Shown here one piece after another: positions 58,589 to 64,000 of a stretch of 64,000 nucleotides of DNA. Location of the stretch: the NCBI GenBank assembly GCA_964650045.1, contig CAZYRT010000006.1:3576-67575 (forward strand). Direction: 5' to 3'. Both the position numbers and the translations under genes were made by a program. Within the stretch, counting starts at the first letter, position 1. The number at the start of each line of letters is the position of its first letter. The stretch is from an uncultured Ruminococcus sp. GTDB taxonomy: Bacteria; Bacillota; Clostridia; Oscillospirales; CAG-382. The notes beneath the pieces are model-generated. The model was not told the origin of the DNA. It made no database searches and saw nothing but the letters and a program-made list of their open reading frames with translations.

Positions 58589-58608
58589 TAGCTAGGCACA
58601 ACTAGCTA
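58589..58608. promoter_or_regulatory. Perfect 7-bp inverted repeat (TAGCTAG-N6-CTAGCTA) between the -10 element and the RBS of the operon
   Basis: Read directly from the sequence. It is a candidate operator or 5'-UTR stem-loop. Confidence 0.35.
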
Positions 58609-58624
58609 CAATATTTATATAAGA

Positions 58625-58653
58625 ATAATAGCACATTGATAACTTTTTGTCAA
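58625..58653 (-). promoter_or_regulatory. Sigma-A-type promoter of the seven-gene operon
   Basis: On the minus strand it reads TTGACA, a 17-nt spacer, then TGcTATTAT, about 65 nt upstream of the ATG at 58558. Confidence 0.5.
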
Positions 58654-59086
58654 GTATGCATATAAAACCACAACCAAAATAATGCAATTTTAACACATCG
58701 TTTGTGAATGATTACAACTTAGCAGCAAAAAAGCAACACATTTTTTTCGCATTTTTACACACCCACGTCACAAAAAGTCTTATCACAGCCACAATTCTTT
58801 TTAGAACAATATAAGCCAATAAGAAGATGGGGTTATAGCTGATTTTGCTTTGAAAATAAAGCAAATTCAACATAAGCATATTTAAATAAATTATTATAAA
58901 ATCCGTTCATCCGCATAACTTAATCCAAAATTTTCCGTCAATTCGTTTATCTAAAATGCGATATTTTTCACCAAAAATCGCATTGTGCAAATGCAACAAA
59001 ATATCATCAGACTTTTCTACACTTTGCACAGCGAAACAAAACTTATGTTCTTTGATGTTTTTAACTTGTTCAATTCAACTCAATTA

Positions 59087-60043
59087 TTAGGGTAATTTTA
59101 TTGTTACAATATAGCCGTCAGATCCATCTCCCGAAACCTCATATTTATACGAAGAATCAACGGGAACATTCACATAAGTTGTATTTGCTTTTTCATCTCG
59201 AGGAACATAATAAACAACATATTTCGCCCCCATGTCATTAGCAGCTCCGCTTTCAAATTCAATAACCTTCTTGGTTTTTATTTCGTCAATATATTCTTCT
59301 AAAGACAAGTTATGAAAACTCATGTACCAACTATGAGCAATACCTACATATCGATATATCGAAGGATCAGCATCAAAACCTGTATAAACCTCTTTTCCAA
59401 ATGGATAACGTTCTATCAGTCCATATTCATAGCTTCTGTCTCTCAAATAGCTGTATTCAGCATCGGAAAAACTGTATGATCCGGTGAAGATAGTTAGTTC
59501 AAATGATAATCCTGTTGCCAATTCTATTTCAGGCTCGGATATATCAATAACGTCAGGAGAAACATATCCGTTTAAAATGCCGACACCATTTTGGGGAACC
59601 TCATCATAGAAATCCAATATCAGTTTATCAATATTTATAATGGCATCTTCATAGGCTATCAAGCTATAATCGCGCAAGCCGTACTTATCCGATGAACGAA
59701 CCGCAGCAACATTTGACAATGTATCTTTATCGATCGCTGTAATTTGATTCTTATTTTTAAGCAAAGCCAAATTGCCTTTATATATCTTATCATTAGTAAA
59801 CGCACAGTTGCTCATTTTAATATTGTCATAATATTTATATTCCTGTTCCGGTTCGGACACAGCCTCGGAAACGATTTCGCTCACTACATAGCTCGATTCA
59901 GACGATCCAGAATAAACATCAGAAACAACATCCATTTTTTCATCACCAAACTTCCCCAACGCAACAATATATGATGAAAGCACTATTACAGATATTACGG
60001 CAGTAATAAGAAAAGCGGATGATGTTTTATTATTCTTATTCAT
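59087..60043 (-). CDS. Membrane-anchored VanY/LdcB-like (peptidase M15B) domain protein with substituted zinc ligands
   Basis: An N-terminal TM helix is present. The C-terminal block YEYGLIERYPFGKEVYTGFDADPSIYRYVG..LSLEEYI matches the VanY signature. However, SEH..D reads SEPEIELATGLSFEL and EPWH reads DPSIY. Confidence 0.7.
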   Translation of the reverse strand: MNKNNKTSSAFLITAVISVIVLSSYIVALGKFGDEKMDVVSDVYSGSSESSYVVSEIVSEAVSEPEQEYKYYDNIKMSNCAFTNDKIYKGNLALLKNKNQITAIDKDTLSNVAAVRSSDKYGLRDYSLIAYEDAIINIDKLILDFYDEVPQNGVGILNGYVSPDVIDISEPEIELATGLSFELTIFTGSYSFSDAEYSYLRDRSYEYGLIERYPFGKEVYTGFDADPSIYRYVGIAHSWYMSFHNLSLEEYIDEIKTKKVIEFESGAANDMGAKYVVYYVPRDEKANTTYVNVPVDSSYKYEVSGDGSDGYIVTIKLP

Positions 60044-60070
60044 ATAATTCTCCGATACAAAAAATATTTT

Positions 60071-60105
60071 GCTATATCACTAATTAGTGATTATAGCATT
60101 TTTTT
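60071..60105. promoter_or_regulatory. 13-bp near-perfect inverted repeat (core is the 16-bp perfect palindrome ATCACTAATTAGTGAT) followed by a T7 run
   Basis: GCTATATCACTAA / TTAGTGA(T)TATAGC is followed by ATTTTTTT. It lies 28-60 nt upstream of the VanY-like start, in the region divergent with comM. Confidence 0.4.
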
Positions 60106-60194
60106 ACAAAAAGTAAATAGATAATTCAAGTTTTAACATTTTTCAGTCAACCCCAATATTTCATATTAATTTTAATTATTTTAAATGTTTGTTA

Positions 60195-60223
60195 TTGAAA
60201 AAAATACAATTATATGTTATTAT
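60195..60223 (+). promoter_or_regulatory. Sigma-A-type promoter for comM
   Basis: It reads TTGAAA, a 17-nt spacer, then TGtTATTAT. The palindrome ATGTTT-AC-AAACAT (60232-60245) lies just downstream. Confidence 0.45.
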
Positions 60224-60264
60224 ATAATGAAATGTTTACAAACATCGACCGAGGTTAATAAAAA

Positions 60265-61821
60265 ATGTCAATCAACACTATTTATTCCGCGGCTATAAGA
60301 GGAATCGACGGTCAAATCGTTACTGTCGAAGCCACAAGTGTTCCCAGCCCTAATCCAAGATTCGACATCATTGGTCTACCCGATGCAGCTATAAGGGAAT
60401 CCCAAGGAAGAGTTCGCTCCGCCGCCCGTGCCTGCAACCTCCCTATCAAAAAGGGAATTTTAACTGTTAATTTGGCACCTGCAGATATTAGAAAGGAGGG
60501 CACGGTATATGACCTCCCTATCCTCCTTTCCCTTTTAGATATGCCCGGATTTGACAGAATCGATTTTACCGAGTGCTGTTTTTTGGGCGAACTGTCTCTT
60601 TCTGGCGAGCTTCGTCCCATTAACGGCGTTCTTCCTATGGCTACTGCCGCAAGAGATGCAGGTTTCAAATATATATTCGTTCCTGCCGACAACGCAGCAG
60701 AAGCTTCTGCTGCGGGCGGGATAACTGTTTATCCTGTGAAAAATGCAGTTCAAGTTGTAAATCATTTTACAACCAGATGTCAAATTATTCCCACACATTT
60801 CGATCAATCACAATTTTTCGCTGTAACAGGCGACACGCTTTTGGATTTTTCGGATGTAAAAGGTCAAGATTCTGCTAAGAAGGCGTTGGAGATTGCTGCC
60901 GCAGGCGAACATAATATATTATTGATCGGCCCTCCGGGTACGGGAAAAAGTATGTTGGCATCCCGTGTCCCCTACATTCTGCCCCCAATTACCTTGGAAG
61001 AATCAATTGAAACCTCAAAAATATATTCAATTGCAGGATTAACCTCTGAACTGACACCGCTTTTGACTCACCGTCCTTTTAGAGCGCCCCATCACTCTCT
61101 TTCTCCTGCAGCATTAATAGGCGGAGGCACAAACCCGAAACCGGGAGAGATTTCCTTAGCAAACAACGGCGTTTTATTCCTTGACGAATTTCCTGAATTT
61201 GATAAGCACAGCTGTGAAGTTCTCCGTCAGCCCATTGAGGAGCGTAACGTAACCATCGCAAGAGTTAATGCAACGGTGAATTATCCCTGCTCTTTTATGA
61301 TGATATGTGCTATGAACCCTTGTAAATGCGGTTTTTACGGTCACCCTACCAAACCATGCACCTGTACGCCGCAATCCAGAAAAAATTATTTATCTATGAT
61401 ATCCGGTCCCATTTTGGACCGAATTGATATCCAAGTTGAAGTAAGCGCTTTAGAGTTTTCTGAATTAGACACAGCTATAGCTGCCGAACCAAGTGAAAAA
61501 ATCAGAGAAAGAGTTTGTCGCGCCAGAGCTTTTGCCATGAGCCGATTTGACGGTGAAACGACATCAAACGGCAAACCGTTGACCTGTAACGCCCGTATGC
61601 AGCCAAAGCATGTACGAAAATATTGTATATTTGACGAAGGCGGCCGTAAAGTTTTGCAAATGGCTTATGATAAACTCGGTTTATCCGGCAGAGGATATGA
61701 CAGGATACTGAAGGTCGCGCGTACTGTCGCAGATTTTGACGAAAGCGATATTATCAAAAAGGACCATATAGCTTTGGCTGTGCAATTGCGAAGCCTCGAC
61801 AGAAAATATTTTAATTACTGA
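60265..61821 (+). CDS. comM: Mg-chelatase-like AAA+ protein ComM/YifB
   Basis: An N-terminal Lon-like domain is present. Walker A is GPPGTGKSM and Walker B is LFLDEFPEF. A Cys-rich insert and a C-terminal Mg_chelatase_C-like region are present. Confidence 0.9.
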   Translation: MSINTIYSAAIRGIDGQIVTVEATSVPSPNPRFDIIGLPDAAIRESQGRVRSAARACNLPIKKGILTVNLAPADIRKEGTVYDLPILLSLLDMPGFDRIDFTECCFLGELSLSGELRPINGVLPMATAARDAGFKYIFVPADNAAEASAAGGITVYPVKNAVQVVNHFTTRCQIIPTHFDQSQFFAVTGDTLLDFSDVKGQDSAKKALEIAAAGEHNILLIGPPGTGKSMLASRVPYILPPITLEESIETSKIYSIAGLTSELTPLLTHRPFRAPHHSLSPAALIGGGTNPKPGEISLANNGVLFLDEFPEFDKHSCEVLRQPIEERNVTIARVNATVNYPCSFMMICAMNPCKCGFYGHPTKPCTCTPQSRKNYLSMISGPILDRIDIQVEVSALEFSELDTAIAAEPSEKIRERVCRARAFAMSRFDGETTSNGKPLTCNARMQPKHVRKYCIFDEGGRKVLQMAYDKLGLSGRGYDRILKVARTVADFDESDIIKKDHIALAVQLRSLDRKYFNY

Positions 61822-61867
61822 TTATATTTCATAGTTTACATAATTTTCCTATTATCTCCCATGTGAT

Positions 61868-61964
61868 TGTGGAAAACTCGGTGGAATTGTGGAAAGTTTT
61901 ATTAAAATTCCAGTATTGTTCGGAATAACTTTTCCACAGTTGAGGGTGATTTGGTGGAAAACTC
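61868..61964. promoter_or_regulatory. Cluster of DnaA-box-like motifs
   Basis: The motifs are TGTGGAAAA (61868-61876), TGTGGAAAG (61888-61896), TTTTCCACA (61930-61938) and GGTGGAAAA (61953-61961). The 11-mer GTGGAAAACTC occurs exactly at 61869 and 61954. Confidence 0.45.
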
Positions 61965-62011
61965 AACAATAAATCAATTTACAATAATCTTTACACGAAA
62001 AGAGTATTATC

Positions 62012-62656
62012 ATGGATTATCAAGGCAGTTATTTTCCCGAAGAACACGATGAGCGAGAATCAAAAATTTATCGCACAGTAAAAGGTATTTTTAAATGGAC
62101 GATGTATAGTATATCCTTCCTGGTTTATGCTATAATTATCTACACGCTTATAGCAAACCGTGACAGCAAAATCATAGAAGAAAACCATTTTGACGAAGTA
62201 TACGAAATAGAAAATACAGAGTCTCTGGAATTGTATAGAATCAATACAAGAATCTTTATGAACGACGACGGTTCACTTCAGCTTCACAGCATTGATTATT
62301 GTAATGATCTCGATGCAATAGAAATAGGTGTGAAATTCAATTCTAAGAAGCTTACCGACGGCGACAGAGGCGATTGCCTTGAATATATACTTTATGACAG
62401 TGATGGTAATGTATACCCTATTGCTTATAAAATAAATGACGGTCAAGGCAGATACGGATTCGCAAGGATAATATTTGATAATGTTGATTTTGACCTCGAC
62501 TCAAATGACTTAAGATATCCTGATGCTCTTCCAACCCCACGAACCGAAACCGAGTATAAATTAGATATTATCAGAAAATCCGATCAAGAAGTTCTCTTTT
62601 CATTTAATCTGTATAACAACAACACTACTTTTTCAAAAACCGAATATAAAGATTAA
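62012..62656 (+). CDS. Hypothetical N-terminally anchored protein (214 aa)
   Basis: The ORF has one N-terminal TM helix (WTMYSISFLVYAIIIYTLIA) and no recognisable motif. The RBS is weak. Confidence 0.55.
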   Translation: MDYQGSYFPEEHDERESKIYRTVKGIFKWTMYSISFLVYAIIIYTLIANRDSKIIEENHFDEVYEIENTESLELYRINTRIFMNDDGSLQLHSIDYCNDLDAIEIGVKFNSKKLTDGDRGDCLEYILYDSDGNVYPIAYKINDGQGRYGFARIIFDNVDFDLDSNDLRYPDALPTPRTETEYKLDIIRKSDQEVLFSFNLYNNNTTFSKTEYKD

Positions 62657-62673
62657 CACGGAGGCAAATTTTT

Positions 62674-64000
62674 ATGAACGAAAATCATATTGAAATCAAA
62701 GAACAACGTAAAAATTGGCTTTTAAAAGGCTTTATTATACTTGTTCTTATGCTAATTTCACTTTTTATTGCACTTCTTCCCCTGCTTTTTGAATTTAACA
62801 AATCGGCAAACGCAGCTTTTTTGGCAATTGGAGGCGTTCTTTTTACCGCGCTGACCGCTTTATTTGTCTTAAACTTATATAAAGTTTGCAAACCCAGAAT
62901 CTCGCTTATCCTTAATGCTCACGGTTTTATTGATACGAAAAATGTAGGCAACGGAATCGAAATAGAATGGACTAACGTTTCTTCGGTAAAAGTGCTTGGT
63001 AAGTCCGATATGCCGTTTTTGGGAATTTGCCTTGAAAACAGCGATATTACTATGGCTAAAATGAAAAAGAATCTGGCGGCAGAGATGCGCGAAAATATTG
63101 CAGAAAACCTACCTGCCATCCTTATAGCTCAGAACGATGTTGCAATTTCGATCAACGAGTTGAAGGATATGTTTTCAAAATTTGCACGCGAAGCAAGAAC
63201 CTTAGAAAACGATGTTCCTAAAAAACCCAAAAACAACCCCTTCTCTACCGACGATGTTCTTCGCGCCTTTGGTCATCTACCTTCTGTGGACGATGTTGAT
63301 AATACAGCTACACGCGAGATACCTTTAAATGCCGTCCAAGATCAACAGACAATAAGCAATAATGATAATAATACCTCATCTGACTTATTCTCCGAAGAGC
63401 CTTCTGCTGAACCCACAATAATAGAACAGCCCATCACAAAAGATGACGTAAGTACCGTCCAAAGCGCTCAAAAAACAGGATTTGACAATAATTCCTTTTA
63501 TGAAGCGCTTCGCGAGAAAGCATCGGCAAATATCGAGAAACCTGCATCGAATGTTGCAAAGGATGAAATTGAGAGTGTTGATAAAGCCGGAGAAAATATT
63601 TCGGCCGAAATTGACGAACTCCTTTCGAAAACCAAATCATCAAGAATCGATGAATTAGGAAAGATCCTGGCAGATAATAACACACCTTTTACATATCAAA
63701 GAACCGACACCCAAAAATCAGAATTCGCATTCGAAGATGAGGACGAAAATAACAACGAAGCAGTCGGAAACATCCACGAAAAATATTCAGAAGTTACTGA
63801 AAACAATGATGGTGAACCTATTTCTTCTGTGACAGAAGCTTCTAAGAATGCAGCAGATGACGAAGTTTCTAATACCGAAATATCAAATAATGATCAATCG
63901 AAAAGTGATATTGTGACAGGAGATAATACTGCACCATTGAATGCAGAAGATGAAAAAATCGCCGAAAATAACGTTAATTCATCATCACCAATAATCGAAC
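62674..64000 (+). CDS. Membrane protein with a long acidic, low-complexity C-terminal region (partial; it continues past the window end). It is not in the supplied ORF track.
   Basis: ATG 62674 follows GGAGG (62660-62664) with a 9-nt spacer. I read 442 codons with no stop up to position 64000. Two N-terminal TM helices are followed by a small globular segment and then D/E/N/S-rich sequence. Confidence 0.65.
   Translation, partial: MNENHIEIKEQRKNWLLKGFIILVLMLISLFIALLPLLFEFNKSANAAFLAIGGVLFTALTALFVLNLYKVCKPRISLILNAHGFIDTKNVGNGIEIEWTNVSSVKVLGKSDMPFLGICLENSDITMAKMKKNLAAEMRENIAENLPAILIAQNDVAISINELKDMFSKFAREARTLENDVPKKPKNNPFSTDDVLRAFGHLPSVDDVDNTATREIPLNAVQDQQTISNNDNNTSSDLFSEEPSAEPTIIEQPITKDDVSTVQSAQKTGFDNNSFYEALREKASANIEKPASNVAKDEIESVDKAGENISAEIDELLSKTKSSRIDELGKILADNNTPFTYQRTDTQKSEFAFEDEDENNNEAVGNIHEKYSEVTENNDGEPISSVTEASKNAADDEVSNTEISNNDQSKSDIVTGDNTAPLNAEDEKIAENNVNSSSPIIE

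Noticed and set aside
58703-58716. TGTGAATGATTACA is a cre-like (CcpA) site upstream of the operon promoter.
   Set aside because: It mismatches the invariant central CG of the cre consensus. It also lies about 50 nt upstream of the -35 element. That is too weak to call.
58956-59090. A 44-codon Cys-rich plus-strand ORF (MRYFSPKIALCKCNK...) lies in the long intergenic region.
   Set aside because: It has no RBS and overlaps the 3' end of the VanY-like gene. Its composition is consistent with chance in AT-rich DNA.
1-64000. I scanned the whole window for rRNA, tRNA, CRISPR arrays, IS elements and prophage genes.
   Set aside because: I saw no T-arm-like GGTTCGAATCC motifs, no regularly spaced direct repeats, and no transposase or integrase beyond xerD.

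Overview
This 64-kb window comes from a low-GC, endospore-forming Firmicute, probably Clostridia-like (inference from sigG, spoVAC/AD/AE, a cwlD-like amidase and a spoIIM-like gene). From 1 to 29 kb it holds mostly conserved housekeeping genes: lon (5'-truncated by the window edge), engB, lysA, an RluA-family pseudouridine synthase, a surface 5'-nucleotidase-like phosphoesterase, proC, xerD, radA, potABCD, a DUF368 protein, sigG, a two-component system with an orphan family-5 binding protein, and eda. Three decayed genes are visible. At 29.3-29.8 kb a merR N-terminal fragment is fused to a frameshifted sdpI-like gene. At 30.4-31.5 kb an ORF is interrupted by an in-frame TAG. At 45.0-45.7 kb an alpha/beta hydrolase is frameshifted. 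From 31.6 to 58.6 kb the window is dominated by accessory surface or glycan-type loci. These are two tandem ~1040-aa paralogous lipoproteins, an acyl-AMP ligase plus carrier protein pair, the spoVA operon, two tandem XRE-HTH/TPR regulators, and a tightly packed 12.7-kb seven-gene operon at 45.9-58.6 kb. That operon encodes a 1154-aa solute-binding protein, two separate permease pairs, an NHL-TPR-Yip1 fusion protein and a ~977-aa secreted protein, but no ATPase. It is my best candidate for an undescribed system. The window ends with a VanY-like protein whose zinc ligands are substituted, comM, a DnaA-box-like motif cluster, and a partial ORF that is absent from the supplied ORF track. I saw no rRNA, tRNA, CRISPR array, transposase or phage genes. 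All family assignments come from motifs read by eye, and no database search was run.
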